Shown piece by piece: positions 8,200 through 17,466 of a stretch of DNA of 64,000 bases. A model generated the notes under the pieces. It was not told where the DNA came from. It saw only the letters and a list, made by a program, of their open reading frames with translations, and did no database searches. Each line of letters opens with the position of its first letter. The stretch's first letter is position 1. The position numbers and the translations under genes are program-made. The stretch is from an uncultured Alphaproteobacteria bacterium. Its GTDB lineage: Bacteria; Pseudomonadota; Alphaproteobacteria; HIMB59; GCA-002718135. The stretch lies in assembly GCA_902514875.1 (NCBI GenBank), contig CABXSY010000001.1, forward strand, positions 31,753 through 95,752, written 5' to 3'.

Positions 8200-9903
8200 A
8201 TGGATAAATTTGTTTCTCAAACAGAAACTTCTTTAAAAAAGAAGAAAAGACGTTGGACTCCAAAAGGAAGACAAGTCGAAGATAAATATTTAGATGAAGT
8301 TTCTAAATTATTTTCAGGATTAATATTTAAGCGAGATGAATTAATAGAATATTTGCATATATTACAGGATAAATTTGGTGTCTTGTACGATAAGCATCTA
8401 GTAGCTTTATCAACTATTATTAACTTACCACTTTCTGAAATTTATGAAGTTGCAACTTTTTATGCTCACTTTAATATTGTTAAAGATAGTAAAGATTATA
8501 TCCCGGTGAATGTTGTAAGGGTGTGCGAAAGTTTAACTTGCGAATTATTTGGCGCACACAAATTACTTCAAGATATAAAAAAATTAGAAAATAAAAATAT
8601 AAAAGTTGTACCTGGGCCATGCATGGGAAGATGCAATGTTGCTCCTACTGTTTGCGTAGGAAAAAATTATGTTGATGTGGCTAATTTTGATAAAGTAAAA
8701 AAAACAATCGATGAAAAAAATTTTGACCCCTTCATTCCAGATTATATAAATTTATCTTCTTATAAAAAAAACGGCGGTTATGAAATTGCGAACAAAATAA
8801 AAAATGGTGTTATCTCAAAAAAACAAGTTTTGGATTCATTAAATGAAAGCGGATTGAAAGGTAAGGGTGGCGCTGGATTTCCTACTGGGAAAAAATGGGA
8901 TATTGTTTCAAATTACAAAGGCAAAAAATATGTTGCTGTTAATGGTGATGAAGGTGAGCCAGGAACGTTTAAGGATAGGTCATATTTAGAAAGTGATCCA
9001 CATAGATTTTTAGAAGGAGCTTTAATTGCTTCTTATTTTATAAATGCTCATAAAGTTTACATTTATATGAGAGATGAATATCCAGTAGTTATAAAAATTT
9101 TACTTGATGAAATAAATAAAATGGAAAATGAAGAAATAATTCCAAAAGACTTTTTCATCGTAAGAAGAGGTGCAGGAGCCTATATCTGTGGAGAAGAGTC
9201 AGCAATGATAGAAAGTATTGAAGGTAAAAGGGGATTACCAAGGCATAGACCGCCTTATGTAGCTGAAATTGGTTTATTTGGATGTCCTACTTTAACAAAT
9301 AATTTGGAAACTCTTTTTTGGGTAAGAGATATAATTGAAAAAGGAGCAAAGTGGTTCGCTGAAAAGGGGTCCAATGGAAATAAGGGTTTTCATAGTTTTT
9401 CAGTATCTGGAAGAGTAAAGAACCCAGGAGTAAAAGTTGCCCCAGCTGGTATAACAATTCAAGAATTAATTGATGAGTATTGTGATGGTATGGCAGATGG
9501 ACATATCTTCAAGGGATATCTTCCAGGAGGTGCATCAGGTGGCATTCTCCCTGCTACAATGAATGATATTCCACTTGATTATGGATCGAAAGAATTAATG
9601 GATGCTGGATGTTTCTTAGGTTCAGCGGCAGTAGTTGTGTTGTCAGATCATGATAACATGAAAGAAGTTGCGCTTAATTTACTAAAATTTTTTGAAGAGG
9701 AAAGCTGTGGTCAATGCACTCCATGCCGTTCAGGTACGGAGAAGACTGTAAAATTAATGCAAGAAAAAAATTGGAACAAGGACAAATTAAAAGATTTAAG
9801 TGAAGTTATGGCTCAAGCATCTATATGTGGTTTAGGACAAGCTGCAACAAACCCATTAAATTCTGTTTTAAAATATTTTAGCAATGAAATAACTTATGAC
9901 TAA
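8200..9903 (+). CDS. fdsB: NAD-dependent formate dehydrogenase diaphorase subunit, NuoE-like domain fused to NuoF-like domain (FdsG-FdsB type)
   Basis: 567 aa. The N-terminal domain has four Cys in a 2Fe-2S pattern (VCESLTCE ... GPCMGRCNVAP). This is followed by the FMN/NAD module GKGGAGFPTGKKW and the 4Fe-4S motif ESCGQCTPCR. Confidence 0.85.
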   Translation: MDKFVSQTETSLKKKKRRWTPKGRQVEDKYLDEVSKLFSGLIFKRDELIEYLHILQDKFGVLYDKHLVALSTIINLPLSEIYEVATFYAHFNIVKDSKDYIPVNVVRVCESLTCELFGAHKLLQDIKKLENKNIKVVPGPCMGRCNVAPTVCVGKNYVDVANFDKVKKTIDEKNFDPFIPDYINLSSYKKNGGYEIANKIKNGVISKKQVLDSLNESGLKGKGGAGFPTGKKWDIVSNYKGKKYVAVNGDEGEPGTFKDRSYLESDPHRFLEGALIASYFINAHKVYIYMRDEYPVVIKILLDEINKMENEEIIPKDFFIVRRGAGAYICGEESAMIESIEGKRGLPRHRPPYVAEIGLFGCPTLTNNLETLFWVRDIIEKGAKWFAEKGSNGNKGFHSFSVSGRVKNPGVKVAPAGITIQELIDEYCDGMADGHIFKGYLPGGASGGILPATMNDIPLDYGSKELMDAGCFLGSAAVVVLSDHDNMKEVALNLLKFFEEESCGQCTPCRSGTEKTVKLMQEKNWNKDKLKDLSEVMAQASICGLGQAATNPLNSVLKYFSNEITYD

Positions 9904-12649
9904 AGAGAAAACAAAATTTTATTTAAACGAAAAGTTAGTTGAAGCAAATGCCCATGAAACTATTTGGCAAGTTGCAAATAGGCTTGGAACAGAAATCCCA
10001 CATTTATGCTATTCCGATAAACCTGGCTATAGAGCAGATGGAAATTGCAGGGCATGTATGGTTGAAATTGAAGGAGAACGTGTTTTGGCTGCATCTTGTA
10101 TTAGAAAGCCAACTGATAGTATGAAAGTAAATACTTCTTCAGAAAAGGCAAAAAAATCTAGAGAGTTAGTTTTTGAATTACTTCTGGCAGACCAGCCAAA
10201 AAGAGAAATTGCTCATGATAATAATTCAGATTTTTGGAAATGGATTGAAAAAGTTGAAGTTAAAGAAAGTAGATTTCCAAAAAAAACTTCATGTCAGGCA
10301 GATATTTCTCATCCAAGCATGGCTGTAAATCTAGATGCCTGTATCCAGTGTAATCTCTGTGTGAGAGCATGCAGAGAAGTTCAGGTAAACGATGTTATTG
10401 GAATGGCATATCGAGGGGAAAATTCAAAAATTGTTTTTGATTTTGATGATCCAATGGGTGATAGTACTTGCGTTGCTTGTGGTGAATGTGTGCAAGCTTG
10501 TCCAACTGGAGCATTAATGCCAGCGTCTATCGTAGATCAAGATGGCGTTGGTCATAGCGAGGTAGATAAAAAAATTGATAGTGTTTGTCCTTACTGTGGT
10601 GTTGGTTGTCAGATAGAATACAATGTAAAAGATAATAAAATTAAATTCGTTAACGGCGTTGATGGTCCCGCAAACAAGAATAGGTTATGTGTAAAGGGAA
10701 GGTTTGGTTTTGACTATGTAAATAATCCAGAAAGACTTACAAAGCCTTTGATTAGAATAAAAGACAAGCCAAAAGATTTACATCCAGGTATTAGTTTTTC
10801 AAATATTCATGAATATTTTAGAGAGGCATCTTGGGATGAAGCTTTAGATTATGCAGCACAAGGATTTTTAAAACTTAAAAAACAAAGAAATGGAAAAAGT
10901 AACTTAGCAGGATTTGGATCAGCCAAATGTTCAAATGAAGAGGCATATTTATTCCAAAAATTAATCAGAACTGGCTTTAGTACTAATAATGTTGATCATT
11001 GTACAAGACTTTGCCATGCATCTTCAGTAGCTGCTTTATTAGAAACGATTGGATCCGGAGCAGTTACTGCGCCATTTTATGAGGTTGAGCATTCTGATGT
11101 AATAATTGTAATAGGAGCAAACCCTACTGAAAACCATCCTGTTGCTGCAACTTTTTTTAAAAATGCTGCTAAGAAAGGTTCAAAATTAATCGTAATGGAT
11201 CCAAGAGGCCATGCCTTAAAAAAACATGCAACTCACATGCTTCAGTTTAAACCGGGTTCTGATGTAGCGCTTTTAAATTCGATTATGAATGTAATAATTG
11301 AAGAAAATTTATTTAATTCTGAATATATAAAAAAACAAACCGAAGGATTTGATAAATTAAGAAGACACTTAATGAATTACTCTCCTGACATAATGGAAAA
11401 TGAAACAGGCATTGATCCAGACATAATACGAGAGGTTGCTCGCTTATATTCTAATACAAATAGAGGAATAATTTTTTGGGGAATGGGGGTTTCTCAGCAT
11501 GTTCATGGTACCGATAATGCTAGGTGTTTAATTTCTCTAGCTTTAATGACAGGAAATGTTGGAAAAAGAGGATCTGGTTTGCATCCTTTAAGAGGGCAAA
11601 ATAACGTCCAAGGAGCGTCTGATGCTGGTCTTATACCAATGATGTATCCTGATTATCAATTAGTTGACAAAAACAATAACAAAGATTTTTTTGAAAAACT
11701 TTGGAACACTCATTTAGATGATAAAAAGGGTCTTACTGTTGTTGAAATTATGGACGCTATTCATGAGAATACAATTAAAGGCATGTATATACTTGGTGAA
11801 AATCCCGCAATGTCTGATCCTGATCTTAATCATGCAAGAGAGGCTCTACAAATGTTAGAGCATTTAGTTGTTCAAGATATTTTTTTAACTGAAACAGCAA
11901 CATATGCTGATGTCATTTTTCCTGCATCCGCTTGGCCAGAAAAAAATGGAACAGCTACTAATACAAATAGACAAGTACAGATGGGAAGAAAGGCAATAGA
12001 TTCCCCTGGTGAGGCAAAAGAAGATTGGTGGATTACAAATGAACTTGGAAAAAGGATGGGTTTGAATTGGGAATATAAGCACCCAAAGGAAATTTATGAA
12101 GAGATGTCATTAACAATGCCTTCATTGAGTAATATATCTTGGGAAAGGTTAGATAATGAAAACTCCGTAACTTATCCAAGTAAGTCTCCAACTACTCCTG
12201 GAGAGGAAATTGTTTTTGGTGATAAATTTCCAAATGAAAGTGGTAAAGGTAAATTTGTTCCAGCTAGTGTGACTGCGCCAGATGAAATTCCTGATAATGA
12301 ATATGGAATGATACTAACCACAGGGAGACAATTAGAACATTGGCATACTGGAGCGATGACTAGAAAGGCATCAAATTTAGATGCTATTGAGCCAGAACCT
12401 TCTGTTTCAATATCGCCTAAGGATATATTAAAAAATAATATGAAGGCAGGTGATAAAATAAAAGTCACAACTAGAAGGGGATCGATTGATATTAGAGTAA
12501 GACAAGATAGAGCGATTCCTGATGGAGTTATTTTTATCCCATTTTGTTATAATGAGTCTGCTGCTAATCTTTTAACTAATCCAGCTTTAGATCCATATGG
12601 AAAAATTCCTGAATTTAAATATTGTGCAGCAAAAATTGAGAAGTTATAA
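9896..12649 (+). CDS. fdsA: formate dehydrogenase catalytic (alpha) subunit, Cys-type molybdo/tungstopterin enzyme
   Basis: 917 aa. N-terminal Fe-S domains (CRACMVE; CIQCNLCVRAC; CVACGECVQACP; CPYCGVGC). The active-site stretch NVDHCTRLCHASSVAAL has a TGC Cys codon at 11012-11014 where FdhF carries Sec. Confidence 0.92.
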   Translation: MTKEKTKFYLNEKLVEANAHETIWQVANRLGTEIPHLCYSDKPGYRADGNCRACMVEIEGERVLAASCIRKPTDSMKVNTSSEKAKKSRELVFELLLADQPKREIAHDNNSDFWKWIEKVEVKESRFPKKTSCQADISHPSMAVNLDACIQCNLCVRACREVQVNDVIGMAYRGENSKIVFDFDDPMGDSTCVACGECVQACPTGALMPASIVDQDGVGHSEVDKKIDSVCPYCGVGCQIEYNVKDNKIKFVNGVDGPANKNRLCVKGRFGFDYVNNPERLTKPLIRIKDKPKDLHPGISFSNIHEYFREASWDEALDYAAQGFLKLKKQRNGKSNLAGFGSAKCSNEEAYLFQKLIRTGFSTNNVDHCTRLCHASSVAALLETIGSGAVTAPFYEVEHSDVIIVIGANPTENHPVAATFFKNAAKKGSKLIVMDPRGHALKKHATHMLQFKPGSDVALLNSIMNVIIEENLFNSEYIKKQTEGFDKLRRHLMNYSPDIMENETGIDPDIIREVARLYSNTNRGIIFWGMGVSQHVHGTDNARCLISLALMTGNVGKRGSGLHPLRGQNNVQGASDAGLIPMMYPDYQLVDKNNNKDFFEKLWNTHLDDKKGLTVVEIMDAIHENTIKGMYILGENPAMSDPDLNHAREALQMLEHLVVQDIFLTETATYADVIFPASAWPEKNGTATNTNRQVQMGRKAIDSPGEAKEDWWITNELGKRMGLNWEYKHPKEIYEEMSLTMPSLSNISWERLDNENSVTYPSKSPTTPGEEIVFGDKFPNESGKGKFVPASVTAPDEIPDNEYGMILTTGRQLEHWHTGAMTRKASNLDAIEPEPSVSISPKDILKNNMKAGDKIKVTTRRGSIDIRVRQDRAIPDGVIFIPFCYNESAANLLTNPALDPYGKIPEFKYCAAKIEKL

Positions 12650-12656
12650 ATATTTT

Positions 12657-12779
12657 ATGATTAAAAAAACATTAATAATTTTATTTCTTGTATTTAGTCC
12701 AATCACAGCATGCTCTACATTAAGTGAATTAAATGAAAGAGTAAAGGGTGATGGAGTTCCTTATATTCCTGGAATTTAA
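12657..12779 (+). CDS. tiny predicted lipoprotein (40 aa precursor)
   Basis: ATG at 12657 gives MIKKTLIILFLVFSPITAC|STLSELNERVKGDGVPYIPGI. It has a basic n-region, a hydrophobic core and a lipobox-like ITAC. The ORF-track start at 12597 would overlap fdsA. Confidence 0.4.
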   Translation: MIKKTLIILFLVFSPITACSTLSELNERVKGDGVPYIPGI

Positions 12780-12829
12780 TTTATAAAATTCTTGTCGAAT
12801 TTATAATTTAATATAAATGCAAAATTGAT

Positions 12830-12905
<76 letters not shown>

Positions 12906-12917
12906 CTTTAATAACAT

Positions 12918-13679
12918 TTAAATTGAGTAAAAGTTATATAATGCTATCGATGTTGCGTTAGAAACATTCAAACTATCAATTTCAAATTTTAAATTATTTT
13001 TCATGTTTATCTGTATTATTTCATCACATTCTTTTTTTACTAACTCTCTAATACCTTTTCCTTCAGAACCAAAAACTAATACTGATTTTTTTGAAAAATT
13101 TAATTTTGAATTTTTATTTTTCGAACTGTCAAAGCCATAAATCCAATAATTATTTTTTTTAAGAAAAGAAATAGCTCTTCTAATATTTGTCACTCTAATA
13201 TAATTTACAATTTCTGCAGCACCGGAAGCTGATTTATAAAGTGATGAAGTCAGTTCTGGTGAATTATCTTTACCAACTATAATTCCTGCACAATCAAATA
13301 ATGCACATGATCTCATTATTGAGCCAATATTTTGAGGGTCAGTTACTTGATCTAAAATTAATATTACTGATTTTGATTTCTTACTTTCTACTTTTACAAA
13401 TTCTTCTAAACCTGGCCAAGTAAGATCTTTTGTTTTTAGAACTACTCCCTGCGTTGTGTTCTCATTTCCAAATCGTCTTGTGAATTCATTTTGAGGAAGA
13501 GTGGTAATTTTCTGTATTTTAGATTCATATTTTTTGGCAAATTTAGTCTGATTTATACTAATTATAAGCTCAATATTCTCTCTTTTATCATTTTGGAGGG
13601 CCGCTTTGACAGAATGTTGACCAAAAATTGTATGAATTCCTTGGTTTTTATTAGATTTATTATTTCTAAACTTAGTCAT
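12918..13679 (-). CDS. rlmB: 23S rRNA (guanosine-2'-O)-methyltransferase, SpoU/TrmH group (RlmB-like)
   Basis: 253 aa. Motifs LDQVTDPQNIGSIMRS, VFGSEGKGI and LNVSNATSIALY. Confidence 0.8.
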   Translation of the reverse strand: MTKFRNNKSNKNQGIHTIFGQHSVKAALQNDKRENIELIISINQTKFAKKYESKIQKITTLPQNEFTRRFGNENTTQGVVLKTKDLTWPGLEEFVKVESKKSKSVILILDQVTDPQNIGSIMRSCALFDCAGIIVGKDNSPELTSSLYKSASGAAEIVNYIRVTNIRRAISFLKKNNYWIYGFDSSKNKNSKLNFSKKSVLVFGSEGKGIRELVKKECDEIIQINMKNNLKFEIDSLNVSNATSIALYNFYSI

Positions 13680-13804
13680 GGTTTAATATCACAGATTTGT
13701 CTAATTAATACAATCTAGATATGTACAAAATGGCATTTTTTGTCTAAAAGGCCGTTGCTTTTACGAGTATACGTATTTTGCAAAGGTGAAGCTGCTGTTT
13801 TAGA

Positions 13805-13834
13805 TTGACAGATATACTAATTTATTAGTATTGG
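13805..13834 (+). promoter_or_regulatory. candidate sigma70-type promoter for the tRNA-Tyr/tRNA-Gly/tuf unit
   Basis: Perfect -35 TTGACA at 13805-13810. Possible -10 elements are TAGTAT (13826-13831, 15-nt spacer) or TATTGG (13829-13834, 18-nt spacer), about 15-25 nt upstream of tRNA-Tyr. The -10 assignment is ambiguous. Confidence 0.3.
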
Positions 13835-13849
13835 CCAATTTCTTCAAAT

Positions 13850-13935
13850 GGAGGGGTGGTCGAGTGGTTAAAGGCAGCGGACTGTAAATCCGCCCGCGTG
13901 AGCGTACGTAGGTTCGAATCCTACCCCCTCCACCA
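13850..13935 (+). tRNA. tRNA-Tyr (anticodon GUA), long variable arm
   Basis: 86 nt. Acceptor GGAGGGG/CCCCTCC, anticodon loop CT-GTA-AA, long variable arm, T loop GTTCGAATC, encoded CCA. Confidence 0.95.
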
Positions 13936-13993
13936 TTATGGAGGTAATGGGATGAAAGCATTAAAGTGAGTGTGTGAAGCAGTCAGTTTAGTT

Positions 13994-14067
13994 GCGGGTG
14001 TAGCTTAGTGGTAAAGCTCCAGCCTTCCAAGCTGGCTACGAGGGTTCGATTCCCTTCACCCGCTCCA
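13994..14067 (+). tRNA. tRNA-Gly (anticodon UCC)
   Basis: 74 nt. Acceptor GCGGGTG/CACCCGC, anticodon stem CCAGC/GCTGG with loop CT-TCC-AA, T loop TTCGATT, encoded CCA. Confidence 0.95.
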
Positions 14068-14093
14068 TAACAAAATATTATTGGGGTAAAAAA

Positions 14094-15284
14094 ATGGCTA
14101 AAGCAAAATTCGAAAGAAACAAACCGCATTGTAACATAGGTACTGTTGGTCACGTCGACCATGGTAAAACAACATTAACAGCTGCTATAACAAAAATATT
14201 AGCTGAGACTGGTGGAGCAGAATTTACAGATTATGCAAACATTGACAAAGCACCTGAAGAAAGAGAACGTGGTATTACAATATCTACTGCACACGTTGAA
14301 TATGAAACTGAAGCAAGACATTATGCTCACGTAGATTGTCCTGGACACGCAGATTATGTTAAGAACATGATTACTGGTGCAGCTCAAATGGATGGTGGTA
14401 TCTTAGTTGTTAATGCTGCTGATGGACCAATGCCTCAAACAAGAGAACACATACTCTTAGCTAGACAAGTAGGTGTACCTGCTCTTGTTGTATACATGAA
14501 CAAAGTTGATCAAGTAGATGACAAAGAACTAATTGATCTAGTTGAAATGGAAATTAGAGAACTTCTTACTTCATATGAATTCCCAGGTGATACTATCCCA
14601 ATCATTAAGGGTTCAGCTTTAGCAGCACTTGAAGGTAGAGATGATGAAATTGGAAAAAATTCAATTATGGAATTAATGAAAGCAGTTGATGAACATATAC
14701 CACAGCCTAGCCGACCTGTAGACCAACCTTTCTTAATGCCAGTCGAGGATGTATTTTCAATTTCTGGAAGAGGTACGGTTGTAACTGGAAGAATTGAACA
14801 AGGTCAAGTTAAAGTTGGAGAGGAAATCGAGATCCTAGGAATAAGAGAACCTCAAAAAACTACCTGTACTGGAGTTGAGATGTTTAGAAAACTTCTAGAC
14901 TCTGGTGAAGCCGGAGACAACGTTGGTGTTCTTCTTCGTGGAACAAAAAGAGAGGAAGTTGAACGTGGTCAAGTATTAGCAAAACCAGGTTCAATAAAGC
15001 CACATACAAAATTTAAAGCAGAAGCATATGTATTAAAAAAAGAAGAGGGTGGAAGGCATACTCCATTCTTTTCAAACTACAGACCTCAATTCTACTTTAG
15101 AACAACTGATGTAACTGGAACAATCAAATTACCAGAAGGAACTGAAATGGTAATGCCTGGTGATAATATTGCTATGGAAGTTACTCTTTTGTCTCCAATT
15201 GCAATGGATAAAGGTTTAAAATTTGCAATTAGAGAAGGTGGAAGAACTGTTGGCGCTGGAGTTGTTGCTGAAATTATTGAATAG
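14094..15284 (+). CDS. tuf: elongation factor Tu
   Basis: 396 aa. [28 protein letters not shown]..., [12 protein letters not shown]. Unmistakable EF-Tu. Confidence 0.99.
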   Translation: MAKAKFERNKPHCNIGTVGHVDHGKTTLTAAITKILAETGGAEFTDYANIDKAPEERERGITISTAHVEYETEARHYAHVDCPGHADYVKNMITGAAQMDGGILVVNAADGPMPQTREHILLARQVGVPALVVYMNKVDQVDDKELIDLVEMEIRELLTSYEFPGDTIPIIKGSALAALEGRDDEIGKNSIMELMKAVDEHIPQPSRPVDQPFLMPVEDVFSISGRGTVVTGRIEQGQVKVGEEIEILGIREPQKTTCTGVEMFRKLLDSGEAGDNVGVLLRGTKREEVERGQVLAKPGSIKPHTKFKAEAYVLKKEEGGRHTPFFSNYRPQFYFRTTDVTGTIKLPEGTEMVMPGDNIAMEVTLLSPIAMDKGLKFAIREGGRTVGAGVVAEIIE

Positions 15285-15321
15285 TTTTAGGGACCGCTTT
15301 ATCAGTTAGCCATTACTTATT

Positions 15322-15397
15322 AGGAGTGTAGCTCAACTGGTAGAGCACCGGTCTCCAAAACCGGGGGCTGCGGGTTCAAGTCCTGCCACTCCTGCCA
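15322..15397 (+). tRNA. tRNA-Trp (anticodon CCA)
   Basis: 76 nt. Acceptor AGGAGTG/CACTCCT, anticodon stem CCGGT/ACCGG with loop CT-CCA-AA, T loop TTCAAGT, encoded CCA. Confidence 0.95.
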
Positions 15398-15411
15398 AGA
15401 GAAATAAAAAA

Positions 15412-15627
15412 ATGAATATTGAAAAAAAGAAAACATCACCAGCTCTTTTTGTAAGACAGGTTAGACAAGAATTACAAAAAGTAACATGGCCTCAAAGAAG
15501 AGATACTTTTATTTCTTCTGCAATGGTCATATTATTAATAATATTATTCTCATTATTTTTTCTTTTAACCGATCAAATATGGTCTTTTTCAATAAAAAAA
15601 ATAATTGAAATAGGTTCCGGTTTTTGA
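15412..15627 (+). CDS. secE: preprotein translocase subunit SecE
   Basis: 71 aa, single C-terminal TM helix, motif VRQELQKVTWP. Canonical position between tRNA-Trp and nusG. Confidence 0.88.
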   Translation: MNIEKKKTSPALFVRQVRQELQKVTWPQRRDTFISSAMVILLIILFSLFFLLTDQIWSFSIKKIIEIGSGF

Positions 15628-16160
15628 TGAACAAAGCAAGATGGTACGTTCTTCATGCCTACTCAGGTTATGAAAAAAAAGTTGCTGACAGCATTCTTGA
15701 TCAAGCAACAAAACTTGGTATTAAAGAACATATCGAAGAAATATCTGTTCCTGTTCAAAACATCGTTGAGGTAAAAAGAGGTGTAAGAGTTAATACTGAA
15801 AGGAAAATATTTCCTGGCTATATACTTATTAAAATGAGCTTAAATGACGATACTTGGCATATTATTAAAACCACTCCAAAGTTAAGTGGTTTTTTAGGTA
15901 ATAAAGGCACACCAATTCCAATTAGTAATGCTGAAGCAAAAAGAATATCTGAACAAGTTATTGATGGTGTAGAAAAATCTAGACCTGCTATAATGTATGA
16001 TGTTGGAGAACAAGTAAAAGTAATCGATGGACCTTTTGCATCATTTAATGGAGAGGTCGAACAAATAGATGAGGATAAAGCAAGATTAAGAGTAGCAGTT
16101 TCAATTTTTGGAAGATCAACACCTGTAGATTTAGAATATTCTCAGGTAGAAAAGGTATAA
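15624..16160 (+). CDS. nusG: transcription termination/antitermination factor NusG
   Basis: 178 aa. WYVLHAYSGYEKKV N-terminus and a C-terminal KOW domain (GEQVKVIDGPFASFNGEV). Confidence 0.96.
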   Translation: MMNKARWYVLHAYSGYEKKVADSILDQATKLGIKEHIEEISVPVQNIVEVKRGVRVNTERKIFPGYILIKMSLNDDTWHIIKTTPKLSGFLGNKGTPIPISNAEAKRISEQVIDGVEKSRPAIMYDVGEQVKVIDGPFASFNGEVEQIDEDKARLRVAVSIFGRSTPVDLEYSQVEKV

Positions 16161-16163
16161 ACT

Positions 16164-16592
16164 ATGGCTAAAGAAATTTTAGGTTTAATTAAATTACAAA
16201 TTCCTGCTGGAGGAGCCAACCCTTCACCTCCCGTTGGTCCCGCCCTTGGACAAAGAGGATTGAATATAATGGATTTTTGTAAAGCATTTAATGATAAAAC
16301 AAAAGATTTAGAAAAAGGTGCACCAATCCCAGTTATTATCACAGCATACAAAGATAGAAGTTTCGATTTTACAACAAAATTACCACCAGTAAGTTTTTAT
16401 CTTAAAAAAGCAGCAAAAATTAAAAAAGGAAACTCAACTCCTGGAAGGTCATTAGTAGGTAAAGTCTCAATGCAAGACATTGAAAAAATTGCCAAAGAAA
16501 AAATGCAAGATTTAAATGCTATCGATCTAGATGGAGCAATGAATATGGTTAAAGGATCTGCCGTTTCAATGGGTATGGAGGTAGTTGCTTAA
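16164..16592 (+). CDS. rplK: 50S ribosomal protein L11
   Basis: 142 aa. [34 protein letters not shown]. Confidence 0.98.
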   Translation: MAKEILGLIKLQIPAGGANPSPPVGPALGQRGLNIMDFCKAFNDKTKDLEKGAPIPVIITAYKDRSFDFTTKLPPVSFYLKKAAKIKKGNSTPGRSLVGKVSMQDIEKIAKEKMQDLNAIDLDGAMNMVKGSAVSMGMEVVA

Positions 16593-17281
16593 TGAAAATT
16601 ACAAAAAACAGAAAACAAATGTTAAATAATTTTGACACTACAAAGGTTTACGAACCGCTAGAAGCAATTAAAATTTTAAAAGAAAAATCTTACGTTAAGT
16701 TTAAAGAAACTGTAGATGTTTCAATCAATCTTGGAATTGATAGTAACAAAACTGATCAAAATATTAAGGGTGTCGTAAATCTTCCAAATGGAACAGGAAA
16801 AAATGTAAAAGTTGCAGTAATTGCAAATGATGACAAACAAAAAGATGCAAAAAGTAATGGTGCCGATTTGATAGGGAGTGATGATTTGATTGAAACAATT
16901 TCTAAATCAAAAATTGAATTTGATGTTTTAATTGCTACTCCAGATATGATGCCTAAATTAGGTAAAGTGGCAAAAATACTTGGTCCAAAAGGATTAATGC
17001 CAAATCCTAAACTTGGAACTGTAACTAACGAAATTTCTCAATCAGTAAAAGACGCTAAGTCAGGTCAAGTCAAATTCAAAAATGATAAATCTGGTATCGT
17101 TCATGCTGGTGTTGGCAAACTAGATTTTAGCGAAGAAGATTTGTTAGAAAATATTAAAACATTTTATTCTTCAGTTAGTAAAAGTAAACCTGATGCTGTT
17201 AAGGGTTCTTTTATAAAAAAGGTTACCATAGCTTCAACTATGGGAGTTGGATTAAATATTAACCAAGCTAGCTTGCGTTAG
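16592..17281 (+). CDS. rplA: 50S ribosomal protein L1
   Basis: 229 aa. ETVDVSINLGID..., GKVAKILGPKGLMPNPK. Confidence 0.98.
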   Translation: MKITKNRKQMLNNFDTTKVYEPLEAIKILKEKSYVKFKETVDVSINLGIDSNKTDQNIKGVVNLPNGTGKNVKVAVIANDDKQKDAKSNGADLIGSDDLIETISKSKIEFDVLIATPDMMPKLGKVAKILGPKGLMPNPKLGTVTNEISQSVKDAKSGQVKFKNDKSGIVHAGVGKLDFSEEDLLENIKTFYSSVSKSKPDAVKGSFIKKVTIASTMGVGLNINQASLR

Positions 17282-17466
17282 TTAATCCAAAAGATGATCT
17301 TTGATCATCACACCTGTCAAAGACTGCAGGAGCTTTTAGCTTAATTTCCTGCATAGACTGAAGCGAGTTATTGATTTGCTTCTTGACAGGCTTTAAATTA
17401 GTTTGATGGGCAAACTAATTTTAGCTAATATTGGATCTTTTAGATCCAATTAAAACCGAGGTTGAC
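17282..17466 (+). ncRNA. structured 5' leader of rplJL (ribosomal protein L10 leader-like cis-regulatory RNA)
   Basis: 185-nt noncoding gap, the longest in the r-protein region. Helices found by hand:
- 17293-17299/17303-17309.
- A long-range 8-bp helix CCTGTCAA (17313-17320) with TTGACAGG (17383-17390). It encloses two hairpins: 17325-17331/17347-17353 and 17360-17364/17378-17382.
- An 11-bp hairpin 17395-17405/17411-17421.
- An 8-bp hairpin 17430-17437/17443-17450. Confidence 0.6.

Noticed and set aside
9896-12649. Possible selenocysteine-containing formate dehydrogenase
   Set aside because: There is no in-frame TGA. The position aligned with Sec of FdhF is a TGC Cys codon (11012-11014), and no SECIS-like requirement arises.
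12597-12656. 60-aa version of the small ORF after fdsA
   Set aside because: The first 20 codons overlap the conserved fdsA C-terminus in another frame. The signal-peptide-like sequence begins at the internal ATG at 12657.
13680-13804. The rest of the 170-nt rlmB/tRNA-Tyr divergent spacer (13680-13849) as a possible small RNA
   Set aside because: I saw only short AT-rich hairpins, for example ACAAAA-tggca-TTTTGT. No convincing structure or ORF is present. It most simply holds the two divergent promoters.
17431-17466. TTG start for rplJ
   Set aside because: The TTG lies inside an 8-bp leader hairpin and has no SD. The GTG at 17467 has GAGG upstream and gives the usual L10 N-terminus.
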